Assembly: GCF_001949145.1 (NCBI RefSeq)
Contig: NW_019091356.1
Coordinates: 1,116,789 to 1,180,788 of the forward strand
Origin: Acanthaster planci
Taxonomy: Eukaryota
Direction of reading: 5' to 3'
DNA length: 64,000 nt
Below the pieces are notes generated by a model, which was given only the letters and a program-made list of their open reading frames with translations, was not told where the DNA came from and made no database searches. This document shows positions 39,001 to 52,112 of this stretch, one piece after another; the stretch's first letter is position 1; each line of letters begins with the position of its first letter. Made by a program: the position numbers and the translations under genes.

Positions 39001-42000
39001 GCCTTCATGAAATAATATAAATAAGATATATAGTAAGATATGTCAGCAAAAAAGCATATAATTTGCATATAAACATTGAGTTGATGAGAAAATACGATTC
39101 TAAACAAAGTAAATAGAAATTGTTTACTCTAAACATTGTTTATATCAAATAAATAATTTAGAATAAATTAAGAAACCAATAATTAGTGGTTTCAAGGTTA
39201 AATTGTTGTGTCCAAATAAATCTTAAGTGGATGAAATTGATAGGTAACCAGCCACTAAGAGCAACACACATCGCAAACATCTTATTTGATATTTTAGTTT
39301 GTAACCCTTTAGTCCATTATTTAAAAAAAAGGTTTGTGTGGATTCTGCACGTATCAATGACGTGAATTGAATCTGATGATTTTCCGTTCGGGGAAAATTA
39401 TAAAACTATCTTCGAATTTAAACAAAAACTCTTCTGTTTGCTCATATCTCAATATCTTACTGCACCTAACAATCTTGTGCGGCTTCTTTAAGTCACGTGG
39501 TTTATTTCCAAAAGCGCCAATCTCCCGCATCATGCAATCCAACCATTACCACGGTTATTAGATGCACCGAGACAGTATCGACCCATTTTCGAGAGCGCTT
39601 CTCTTCTTCGTGGATTTTATTAGATTTTTCACTCCATTATTAATTTGTCAAAGCATCTTTTGTTCGAAATAGCTAGTTTGCCATTGCCCCAGATAAAAGT
39701 AAAATGGGTTTTGGGGTAGGCTGTACGACAAATGAGTTACCTTTACAAAACCAAGTGCAAGGTTTTAGGTCAGTAAAAAAAGAGTAGGTAGATAATTTCA
39801 CGCCGTGCTTTACAAAATGTCATGAAGAAAAACGAGATCATGCAGAGCGTTTCTGCTTCATCTACAAATTAAATGCACACCTGTCAAAATGTAAGAAAAC
39901 TCCCCATCTCAGCTCTTTTATCAAGCCAAAGACTAAAACTGTGTGATTGCCATTTTTCAATTCAGTTCCAGTGGACTAGGCCTTTAAGAAATGCCATAAG
40001 TCGGGATATATTTCATAACGGTTTTACAATCGCCAAATGATGAGATTCTGATGACACGTGTACTTTTGAAAAGAAAATTGTCGTTCAAATTCTACAATTG
40101 TAAAAGCTTTCAACAGCGTTGACCGATTTTGAGAGTCTGAACTTCCAAAATTATGACACGTTTATTGATAATGTCTTAACCTTCAGGGCCTTTGAGACCT
40201 GGAGAAATTAAGAGAGAGGGTCGTTGTGTGTTGACTTGTTAATGTGCTCACTAACAAGATAGTTATCCTGTTACAGAATCTTTCTTGACCTTTCTCCAAG
40301 TCATTTTGGGTAAATATTATCAAATCTCTCCCGAAAGTCCAGAGTTCAAGAGAAAGCACTAACAACTCGAGGCCAAATCATTGTGTAGTTGTAACCCTGG
40401 TGTTTTTCAACGCACACAATTGTTGCCGACTGTGCCAACCCCCATCCTGGTGTTGTTGTGCAATTAAAGAATCCCAGGGTGGGGGAAACAAAACAGGGCA
40501 GAGTGGCTCTACTTGCGTCATCTTGAGCCTTGTTTGTCACCTTGTGTACTTGGCTGTATCGCAGACTTGTACACACTGAACAAAACAGCGACCTGGGGAG
40601 TGGGGACTTGCTCTTAAGGATAGCAGAGGGTGAGCCCACTTCTTTCTCGACAAATAATTAGCAATCACAGAACAAATCCCTAATGGCCTAAATTAACTTT
40701 TTAACAAGCCTTAAATAATTATATGCACGATCAATGAAATCAAGGAAAAGGGACGAAAAAGGAAGTGTGTTTTTACTACGTCACCACGGTCCATATTTGA
40801 CATGCTTTGTATGATTGGGCATTATCTAAAGAGAGAAAATATTTAATTCTTATCTCGTTAGCTGTGTGCGCGGTCTCCTGCGCATTCCTCGCTTCTTTAT
40901 TGTGGTTTGTAACGTGACACCGAAGGCACTGCGGGGGATCCTCATGCATGCATCATACAGAATCATATATCGTGTTCACTCATGTATCTACGAAGACAGA
41001 GAGAGATAGAGAAAAAAGAGACCTTCCACCCACACGGAGCCTTGTCGCTTGGTCTGACCAAAGCCAGGTGTGTTAACAAGACGGGCTAATGTTACGCCGT
41101 ACCAAATGCCTAGAGAATAGCTGCCTTGATATCGCTACAAAGCACTCATTCATCAAGGTCCGCGCTATCGTAGGTAGATAGCTGTGTTATCAATACGATG
41201 CTGGCTAGCGCTTCTGCTTATGGCGATTCCCCCCCCCCATTAATGCTCCCAGCTAAACAAAGAAGATTTGCCACAGTGTTCAACCAGGAAAGTAAGAAAA
41301 GAAGTTTTCCGAAATCGATCAAATATTTGTAAGGGCTTTTGGGGTTTCCAGCAATTACGTTTTAAATACCAAACTGCTTGAAAAAGCGAATAATTACGTT
41401 TAAAAACTTATGGAGGTAAAAAATATCCAGGATTTTTAAAACTTCATTTACCGCAATACTTCCTCGCAAAATCACAAGACTGGATTACAGACAGAGATAA
41501 AAAGTTCTAAATTTACACAGAAAAGGACAAGAAGAGCATTACAAACATCACAACAAATATGAATAAAAATACAATGTTATTACGATAAACAAGGGGAACT
41601 GCAGCAAAATTACTTTCAGGGAATTAGAAAGACAGGTACTCTTGACTGAGATTAAATAATTTCTGCAAGACGATACTCAAAACATCTTATCCTCCGGCTT
41701 GGCCATAAAAATTGTCATAAACAAAACAGACTCCTTGATGGTCGCAATGCTGAGGGTTCCTTCCAATCACATTCAAGACTTTTTTTACAAATACATCATT
41801 GCAGGAAGTTGGGAATTTTCACCCACACTGGACACGAGTCAAGACTTAGTGCGTCACCATTTTCACTGATAGAGGTAAACACGAAAGGTGTCATGGACAC
41901 TTGTATAGACCCTTATAGGATGTCATGTAGCTTCTCTAATACGAAGAGATGTTCTTACCTGATAAATTGCCTGTACGTTTAATTATTTTAAAAAATGCTT

Positions 42001-44672
42001 TTCTGAAGCTTACGATATGGACAAGGTGTTTCCTGTTAATTTTGCGAGTGATATAACTTGTTTAGAAGTCAGTGATAGAATGTACCGATATGCATCACGA
42101 AATTGTTGGTTTTGTTCTAAGGTGTAGTTTAATGTCACTCTGAAAATTGCTGTCATAGAAGTCTGACAAAAGTGTTGTAAGAACTTTCAAGTATGTTTTT
42201 GTCTCTACTTTAATCTGACTTGTTTCACATATTTACCATTACGTCTTATTTGCTTGTGATGGGAGCTAGGTTAATTCGCCCAGCTACTTTTGCTGCAAAA
42301 CCACTCAGCTATATCATAAAACCGATAAAATAATATTTTGAGAATCGAAGACAGCTGTAAGAAAGAGTTGAGTGAGTTTTATTGAGCTCAAATTGAGATC
42401 CCCTGCCACCCCTGACATTTTGACATAAGACTATCTAGTTTTCCCCTTGTTTCTTAACTTCAAATCGTCGATTACAAGAGGCAAAATGTAAAACCTTACC
42501 AAACATAAATAGCTCTCGAAATGTCAAGAACAAAAGAGTATCTGCTTTATCGTATTTTTTTCGAAACCGTGATAACTGTTGGAAGGACGACGTGTTTAAT
42601 TCAGAGCATTATGTCGACAAGGGTACAGACGTGGGACACCAAATGCCAGTCATAAAAAATAACGAAAATGTGGGCTGGAATTACAGAAACCGACACCGTT
42701 CAAACTGGAGACATAAAGGCTGGGAGTTCACGGAAAGGTTCGCAAGGGGTGTACCTATAGAGAAGGTTATTTCATACATCTCATCTTAATTGCCTTACCA
42801 GCACACAGACAGACTTGATGCACTTTTTTTCACCCACAATGTTGTGCGCGAAGTTCGCGAGTTACTTCCACTCCCCCGCAGTGTGCTTTGCTATAGGCAA
42901 GGATGTTGACGGGGCAAACTCCTCTGCGCGCGCTCAGAACCTAGCCAGGTCACTGCACGTGGCGTAGCGTCCCTCGAGAACAGCGTATGTGGCAGTAACA
43001 GTCCAACCACTGGATTGCCGGTGACCAATAATATGAAACATTTCCTTACTTTGTATGTTTGTTTCATCGAAGTATTAGCGTTACATGTCGATAGAGCGTT
43101 GACATTTTGCTACAAAGGGCGCGTTGCTTTTTGTCTTTCACCCAGATTTTCTTCAAGCGTCTGAGTAAAGAAGGGCATAGGTCGATTTAGGGCCAGCAGA
43201 AATGCACGAAAGAGCTGAGGAATATTCCTCAATTTGTCAGATGAATCCAGAAAGGAGAGTAAATAAAATATACACTTGAAACCTGAAGTTGTTCTTTAAG
43301 GTCACATATCAGCGTCTACGATAGGCTTCAGGAATGTATTCTCCGTTACAAGATTTCAAAATTTAAGAACTCCGTATTCCTTTGAGTTTTAACAATTTTG
43401 TAGTTTTCTAAAAAAAAAAAGGAATAGTGTAAGAAGGAGACTCCTCAAAGCAAAGCAAGTCAAATATTGTTTTTCATACTATTTCATTTCTTAGAGTAAA
43501 GATTATGAATTCGTATCAGCAAAAACAGCAAAACAACAAATTCTCGTACCCTTCATATCAAATGGTGATGATAAAATACTGTTAAGCATTGAAGGTTAAT
43601 ATTGAACATGCCGTGTAGCATATACAGTAGATATACCTACGATTTCGTAGTCTTCTATTTTTATCAACATGATACATAATCTGATGCGAATCTTAAAATA
43701 ATACCCGCTGAGTGTATCGTAAATGTTATCCAACTTACATGGGATGCGATTTTATGCATTGGACATTAATTAAGCCAAATAGGGAAAGATATCAGTCGAT
43801 GCCCACGCATTGGCCAAAAATTCCTATCGTTCGTCATCCATCATAAGAGCAACAAAAAGCACTTACCCATCAGGCGTAAGAGTCGACTTTTTAGACACTT
43901 CATTCACTTTTTTTTCTCTAACCGAGTAGCGTAGAACCTGTAGTTAGCGCACTCGATTTACAGACCCCTACATCTCCTGAAGTTATTCAGAATTATCGCC
44001 AGTCAGAAAGCTAGTTTTTGATCCCAATGTGAATTATACACGATTCGATGTTTTTTAAATGCTTCTTGTTTCAAAAGAATGTGTAAAGACCCAAGTGATT
44101 AGGTCAGAAAAAAAATAACATGCACGATTCGAACTGTCATCATCCGTCGGTGTTAAGCATCAAGGCAGATAATAATTACTATTCAAAGTCTATTTTGGTA
44201 ATGTTCACGCATTACAGGACATAAAGAACACAGTAAATTTTATTTCAAAGTCATGCAGCTTGGAGTCAACACATAGATTGCTTTCTTTTCTCATGCATGT
44301 GTTTGTATTTTGTGGGCACAGTGCATGAAGGTCATAAGAACAGAAGGATTAAGTAAAATTCTCTACTTCAAATAAATTGCCTCTTCTGACAACTAAAGCT
44401 TGATGATTGGATACTGTACATGGAAGTTTACTTTTAAACCTGAAAGGGGTTTCCGTAATCACAGACCAAATACTCAACTGATAATGCATTCGGAGATCTG
44501 CGTTTTGATTCTGTCAGGTTTCCTCGGCAAATACTTAAAAAATAACTACCTTTTATTTTTTGTTTTATTTTGTTATTTTTTTTCCAATTTTCATTTATTT
44601 AGAATGTACAATATCCTTGCCCCTGAGAACTAAGGTCTCAGCACTTTATGCAGTGCAGAACTTTGGTTTGTC

Positions 44673-45053
44673 ATGATCACGAAATTCACCAAGCTCATCC
44701 TCCGCGTCATGACTGACTCCAGTTTCTTGTCTCCACCCTTTTGTTGTGATGTCTCTTCCTTGCTTCATACCCAGTCCCACCAGTTCAAGTCTTGCTCCAC
44801 CGGCGGCCCGGCGTCGAACTGCCGCCACACGGTTAGGAATAACTGGGCCACGATGTCCCGTCTCTTCGGGCGGTACTTGGATGGTCTCGCGCCCCAACTC
44901 CATGAAACGCTAAAGAAGGCTGTGCTAGAGCTGTTGGACGCACCGGATGACGGGATCCAGAGCATGGTGAACTCCGTTAACGATGGAAATGGTTATTGGA
45001 AATGGTACTTCACTTGGCTCAAGAATTGTCAACCTCAGACGCTTAGGCGCTGA
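44673..45053 (+). CDS. Small protein, family member B: C-x77-C core ending CQPQTLRR*; N-terminus and signal peptide uncertain
   Basis: TVRNNWATMSRLFGRYLDGLAP aligns with TVRQFEDRVAALYNRHFSKDLTP of C; IQSMVNSV with IEQLVSEV; CQPQTLRR with CRAPQTLGKR of A1. AATAAA at 45198-45203. Possible phase-0 acceptors at ~44773 and ~44782. Confidence 0.72.
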   Translation: MITKFTKLILRVMTDSSFLSPPFCCDVSSLLHTQSHQFKSCSTGGPASNCRHTVRNNWATMSRLFGRYLDGLAPQLHETLKKAVLELLDAPDDGIQSMVNSVNDGNGYWKWYFTWLKNCQPQTLRR

Positions 45054-46655
45054 TGGCGATCGAAGAAGGCAAATGATTCCTACAAAAATCTTAAACTTTG
45101 AACATCCGAAATATCAATTCACATTATACAATCAAAATGAGGAATTTCCGAGAAGACCTATAAATCGTGGGATCACTACTGATTTTCTACTCCTCTGAAT
45201 AAAATTGATTCTTTAGAAAAAGACACCGCAAATGATGAGTCTCTTTTAGTTCATTCAAGGTCATTAGCATGTGGTGTTTTTGAACCTGTGGATCCATCAG
45301 CTAGTAATTTATATCTTTGGTATTGGTTGAATGAGAACGTGGGCATTAATTTATTTAATGACACTGATTACGCAAACATACACAGAAACTTTAGTGCATG
45401 TATACAGCAAAGCAGAACACCATTATTGATTTGTATATCGTCAAAGTTGCCAGCAAATTCACCTCCAGAAAAGTGTTAATTATGGGGAAAATAAATTTCC
45501 AAATACCTTTCATTTTAAAGTGGATAGGGATGTATGAAATCAGGGTTTAGGAATCTATGTGGTCAACCCCCCCCACCTGCTGAGGTTGTTAAACCACGTC
45601 TGCTGGCTGCTGCGCAACGACTTAGCAACCTAGCTGCATCAAATCGACATATATTTGTCTGTTTTCTATGCAAGAATGCAGCTACACAAATGCAATGCCA
45701 GTGACACGTCTGCTCCGGCTTAGAAGCTAAAACGATTCTGTCTCCTTTCATCCCTTGATCATTCTCTGACAGGTGAAGATATGGGTAACAATAACCTGTC
45801 CAGAGGAAGCGAAGTTGTCTTTCCGGTGTTCCATTTCTGTGGGGAATTACTCTTTGCTAGTCCATCCCGTACTGTTTTTTCCCTGTCAATCTAGCGTCTT
45901 TTGAGGAACAAGACTCAATATAATATGAAATCGACAGTGAAAGTCTGTGTGTCATATGTTAAACGAATCTACACTGTTTTGATGCAGTTTCATCGACAGG
46001 GACGAGGTACAGCGTGGTACACGAAATAAAATTATTCATGGGTATAATAATTATTGCAATTATTTTTTCATTTTTCCCCTGTGAGCCAACTGTATTTCCA
46101 ATCAGCCAGGTCGTTTCACGTCAGTATTAAAATTCCTGCGTAAAAACTGAACGTCACGCCATTATGTGCAAACCCGCCTGTACACGAATAGCTTAAAGCC
46201 TACGTCTGAAAACAAAACAAAACAAAACAAAATAAAAATGGCCAAAATCACAAGCCAGAAAGAACCTCAAAAATTCAAGGTTCCCAGGAGGGCTTTGAGA
46301 ACGGAGAGTGATCACGGTCCCTAAGGTATGAATGATGTAATGCACCATACAAAGGCTACTTGCCCGGAGGTTGTACGTTTTCAAGAACTGAGGTAATGCT
46401 AGGAGAAAGCTCACAAACAGCTAGCATGATTTGTCTTAAGCCATAGACTGAAATGGCTTTCACTCATCTAAATTCTCTTGGCAAATTCTCGATGAGTGTT
46501 TTTCCCTTTTGACGCAAAGTGACATCTATTGTATCAGCCAGTGTTGAATTTACGAAGATTGCCTGTTCAAGGGCAGATCTCAACAAAATTTTCGGAGGCT
46601 TAATTTAGGTTCTTGGTACATTGCAAAGGAGGGAGTGGGGATTTCATAGAAGATG

Positions 46656-46835
46656 CAACAACAACAACAACAACAACAACGACGACGACGACAACAACAA
46701 ATAACAACAAACAAACAACAACAAACAAACAAACAAACAAACAATAACAACAACGAACAACAACAACAACAAACAACAACATCAAACAACAGCAACAACA
46801 GCAATCAACAACAACAAACAAACAACAACAACACA
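46656..46835. repeat. (CAA)n/(AAAC)n compound microsatellite
   Basis: Visible directly; it produces the spurious polyQ, polyC and polyV ORFs. Confidence 0.97.
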
Positions 46836-49000
46836 ATCTCACAGGTAACACTGAAAACTGAAACGCGTCTTTAAAAAGACACTTTGCTTCATACAAGTGC
46901 GATAGCCGATGGAAGTATATATGAGATAAGACTGTAATGCAAGATGACAACTCTTTAAAATGAAAAAAAAAATGATACAAGGGTAAATTACAGAATGACT
47001 GACAACTCCCGAAGGCTGGCTGAAGTCCAAACCGTACCGAGAAGGTTTTCGTTTTCACTAGCACAAATGACAGGCCCGCACGTTTTGGGTAATCCCATCC
47101 GCTGGTAAAAAAAACCACTTGTCCAAGATGGATATTCAAACGTCTCTTTCGACATTTAGTGTCCGGTCGATTTTGTGCCTTTCCCGCAGGGGATGTTTCG
47201 AAAAATGCTTGCATAGGCAACATTCATACCATAATTGGAGATAATTAACCTTATAACCTGTTGTGGTAAGTAAACCCAAACCAACATCAGTCCATTTACT
47301 TTTTCCCCTAAGAACAGCCTGTCAGGTGAGGTATAAGTAAATGTTCTTTTGGTTTACTTCTTCATCTCATATTCATTAGGGTACAAATTAGTATATCACT
47401 GACAGTTTGTATGGTCCTGACGAATGTTTGTAGTTGTGGGGTGTTTATGTCAAACAGGAGAGATTATATTCCACATATTCATCAGTCCCACAGTGAGGTA
47501 AAGTTATGTCGAACTCCCCCGAATCTCAAGCTTTCCCTATTTTTGTCTCAGACGTTGGAGCAAGACATAAAAACAAAATAACCTGAAAAAACGATCTGTC
47601 CGAGTAAGAGACGTTGACATTCGCTCTGGGAATGACCTGATCGAGGTTTAGACCAAATACAGAAACCGTTTCACTCGAATGAAATGCATGTACCGAAACA
47701 TTCCAAACTGGCGAAACAGATGCGGTCCTAATTTAATGTTTAGGCCTTTGTCGCGCCAACGAGCGCCCGCAAACAACATTATGTTGTTATTCTATCTTAT
47801 TCTATTCTATCTAACGTATAATAGACATAGTGGCAACGGGTTCGTTTGTTTGTTGGGTCGTTGGAGTGTTTGTTTGTTTTCAATTTTCATACTAAAATTC
47901 TCACCATTAGTTAAAATCAACGCACCACGATGAAGGTCAGCAGCATATAGCGTACTCTGGGACAAGACAGGTGGTCAAATTTCTCCTGTTTGCGGTCTGA
48001 AATGACCCATGAACAGAAGCGCTCGGGTGAACGATTGGATATTGGGAAACAACTCAGTTTGACGAGACAGATTGGTTTTTTAATTGGAACTGATTGCTGC
48101 GTTCTTTCTTGACAGACAAACTGACCAACCAACCGACCGGGCGACCAACGTAATTGCTGAACGACCAAAAGAATGTCTAGGTCTCAGTCCAGCGATTCGC
48201 ATCATAAACTTACCAACTTATGGACCTAACTTCGGACTAACCGAGGGCCGACTTCTCTGCCATCTGCCATTCATCTGCCCTCTACCGCCTCTGCCAATTT
48301 ATTTCAGGACACGACTTGCTCTTACAGCATACAATTGTCTTCCCCGAACTTGCCAAATCTTGACGCATTATCGCGCACACATCTCACCTGCCTATATCGA
48401 CTCGGGTTTATTACTACTCATTTGCCCACAAATCACACTTTGTGTTGCCACGGTAACACAATACGTTAACACGTAAATCTTGCCTCATAGCACCTCATTA
48501 ATTAGACATCGTCCAACCACATGTCGCCGCTTTTTCGAAGAGTTAGGAAACAACATGCAATGACCTCCCAGCTCAGCACGTGATGTGCTCACCTACCCAG
48601 TATCAGTGATGATATCAAGAAAGATGAACTCAGTCTGGGGGGCAATCGGAAGCACTGATATACGATCCACACAAGAACTTTTTCTCGCACAATCGTTTAA
48701 TACCTCGCCAAGAGAGAAAGCACTGTGATTGAATTTCACGGGCACCCGGGCCTGCACCGAAGACAAAGGAACAAGAGTGAGTGGGGTAGGAGAGTTTGTT
48801 AGCATCACCAAGCGAGGCATCCTCCCACGAGGAGCCATTTGAACAAAGACTTCGCGGGGACGTGAGCCTGTTGCGTAGCGCTGTTGGTCACAAAACATCG
48901 CAATTTTTTTTTTGTATCTGTCTCTCCAGCACTTGATCTTTGTCAAAGGATGATTCGAAATCTGTTAGAATGATTGCAGGCTCATCACCCGCGGGTGTAT

Positions 49001-49214
49001 TATAAAAGCTACTCGCTGAAAGTGGAGATTGCACAGACCAAATCGCACTTCTGAGCGGCCGGCACGCATCGGCAAGTGAAGTCCACCAAGATTGTTTTCA
49101 TTTTCGAGGATACTTCGGACAACGCACTCCTGGCCCTATCGATCTGAACAGCGGCAAATTAACAGCGACTTCCGAGACCGTCTCATCGTATATCATATCC
49201 CGGGGGAATAGAAG
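49001..49214 (+). promoter_or_regulatory. TATA box and putative non-coding first exon of member C
   Basis: TATAAAAG at 49001-49008, a CpG-rich ~185-nt stretch, and donor AAG|GTATGT at 49214/49215. The matching acceptor would be ttttttcccacAG ending at 52103. Confidence 0.55.
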
Positions 49215-52112
49215 GTATGTTTGTAGACACAGAACACACCAGGCTTCAGGGGAAGACTGAGACAGATTTATCTTTGTTAATTGATTACGTAAAAATCCTA
49301 TAGGACTATATATCCGATTCACTTTTTGTTTTATTTGTTTTTTTCTAGTTCTTTTTCTGCTGAAGGACTGACTAAGATAAAACAGTTTTAGAAGAATTTC
49401 CGTCTTCAACGTATTTGTAGGAAGCTCAGATCAAATTACCAGGAAAAATGTTGTTCGAGTTTTGTCAGGAAAAATTGATTTACATTATCAATGAATACCC
49501 TTCCCCAGAGACCTTAAGTTGAATCAGTTCAGTGCGTAGTCTAGAAAATAGCAGACACTCTTTGGAAACGTCATTTTGCATTTAGATTCATTTAGCTTCC
49601 ACTTTTACTGGTGTCGCGCTCTCTGACTTCCAATAATGGTCATTCCTATTTTCGACTCCCGATTCGCATGTCACTGCCTTCAATATCCGTTCAACGTTAT
49701 TCCCTTTGAGTGTCATTGTAGAAATTGTATCTCGATATTCAGGCAAAAATACTGTCGCAAACCCTCGAGCTTTCCCACTTTTTTCCGGTAATGATGAGAA
49801 GTCAGTTCTTTTCAATTTGCCGGAGTGCCTTGTGCCTTTTACTTTACACCCATACTTGAGTCGCCTATAACTTTTTTTCTTGTTTAATGTTAATTGTGCG
49901 GATCGTTGTGACTCTGCCAGTGAGTGAATGATCGTCCCGATGAAAGCTAAGAGATCTAAACAAACACGGGCGCACGACCGCAGTTCCGCAGACTCCCCCG
50001 ATTTGCTCGGCTGCACGGTGACGTACATGCGACACCATTGCAGCTGCTGCCAGTTGCATCGCGGGCAAATCACCATATATCAAAAATGATGATCGCGCCG
50101 CCAAAAAGACCAATTCGTCATTCTTGTAGTCATAGTAACCACACTTTTTTTGTACAAGTAGACAGTGCGTCTGGGTATTATTGTTTGAAGAGATATTACG
50201 TTTATATTCATAATGGAAGTGGGTCATTACCTATTAATTTAAATGAAACATTCGTGGTGGCACAAAAGTTAAAAATGCAATCATAACTCGAGAGGAAAAA
50301 CAAATTTACTCAAATACCATCCACTTTGTTACTGTGAATCCAACTTGTTTAACATTCTACAATATTCGTATAATTGCGATTTATAATTTTCCTGTCGTAA
50401 TCAAGTTCCAATATACATGTACATTCGCTTCAGTACGTGTTGGATCTTTTTTTGCGGAGCGGTAGCAAGTGTTCGCGAATGCATCAATCATGTAGTAAAT
50501 ACATGCACATCTTGACGCACACAGTTCGACGTCTCACCTTTCTAGCGCTATCGACAAGAGTACGAAAATTCAAATCACCACCACCCGACCCTTCGAGTGT
50601 TCATTCACCGTTAGCGTAAACGATGAAATATAATGTGTGTGTTTTTCATAGCACGATGCCAGTGATCACTACGCAACATTTGCAATCCGTGTAACGAAAG
50701 TCATATTTGCGCGTTCATGATTCTGAGATGTGAATACTGGCGCAAAGAAATGGCAGTTTATAACATGTCAGCCCCTTGTCTTAGATGTACATTTGATATT
50801 ACACATAGCCTGTGTCATGAACCGTAAAAATAAGCGTATGGGTCTATTAATGCGACCTCTAATATGACGAAGGCAAGTAAAGAATCAACCAAACTATCCG
50901 GTAACTCTGTTCACTCTTTTCACGGCCACGCTTAACCAAAAAAAAACCCCAAAATAGATCGACTTTTTTTTCAACAAGATTACACATTTGCAGGTATAAG
51001 TGCTTTTTTGATCGATGCCACATTTTAGCAGACCTGCGGATATTTATGTAATTAAAGACACGGTTAAAACTGTGTAAGGAGTGTAACAAATGATCTGAGC
51101 GAAAACTATGTTATCAAAAATGTAAGACAACGTCCTGCAGTTTAAGAATTTGTATAAAAAATTAGATATTCTTTTTATGATTTACATGTATTTTTCGTAG
51201 AAATAAAACTATGAGAGTTTCGAACCAGCTTAATTCAGATGCCCTTTAAAGACCTTTTTCATGTAATGGTAATTCAGACATTGGCGGTGATCTTGCCCTC
51301 TGTTTGTTTCGTGGGCTAATACTACTACCAATACAACTCATTTTCATGCCACGTCATTTATTTACTTTAAGGTAGGAATCAAATCTTTACTCCAAATACC
51401 GACTAGAAAAATGCTGCCCAGTTGTCTCCTTTCAAGTCTTATTCTATCCCAAAGAAATCAGCTGGCAATGAAAAATAAACTGTCCCCTTGAGTTTCGTGA
51501 AGATTGTGACATCTTTCCCCCTTCGTTTAAAACTACGTTGATATTTCTTAAATGCTGGGGAGTCAGAAAAGATGATTTTAACCACTTAATGCCCGCTTTG
51601 ACCGATTGCCAAATCTCCTCTGGCGTCACTCGTGGCCGCCGAATGTTATAAGGTTGTCTATATCATTTACTGATGGCATCTTTCGTTCTGCTTGGAATGT
51701 GTTGTGTTGAGCTCAATACCGATTTATTGAATTGGCATGGCTACAGATTCTTGTCTTCGTTCCTACGGTTACCGATGGTCACACTATAACGTTGATGGTC
51801 AATGTGGAAGAGGCTGGTATCAGATTTGGGCATTAGATAAGGAAGATATCTGTCACACACGCAAGAGGCTGACTTTTTCGACGCCTGCATGCATGAATGT
51901 CATTTTTTTAAATCGTTCATGATACTTTTTTGCTCATGCGCAGTGGCAGCTATGGCTGATAATACATATTGATTAGCTGTGAAAAAGAAACGTTTCCAAA
52001 AATTTCGGGGCAACTAGTCTTTGGCATTACGTACATAGAGGTCCTTCGATCATAATATACATCATGACGTCCACAGTGTCTGAAACTCCATTTTTTCCCA
52101 CAGATAATCAAG

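Noticed and set aside
46580..47223. PolyQ, polyC and polyV ORFs
   Set aside because: Translations of a (CAA)n microsatellite.
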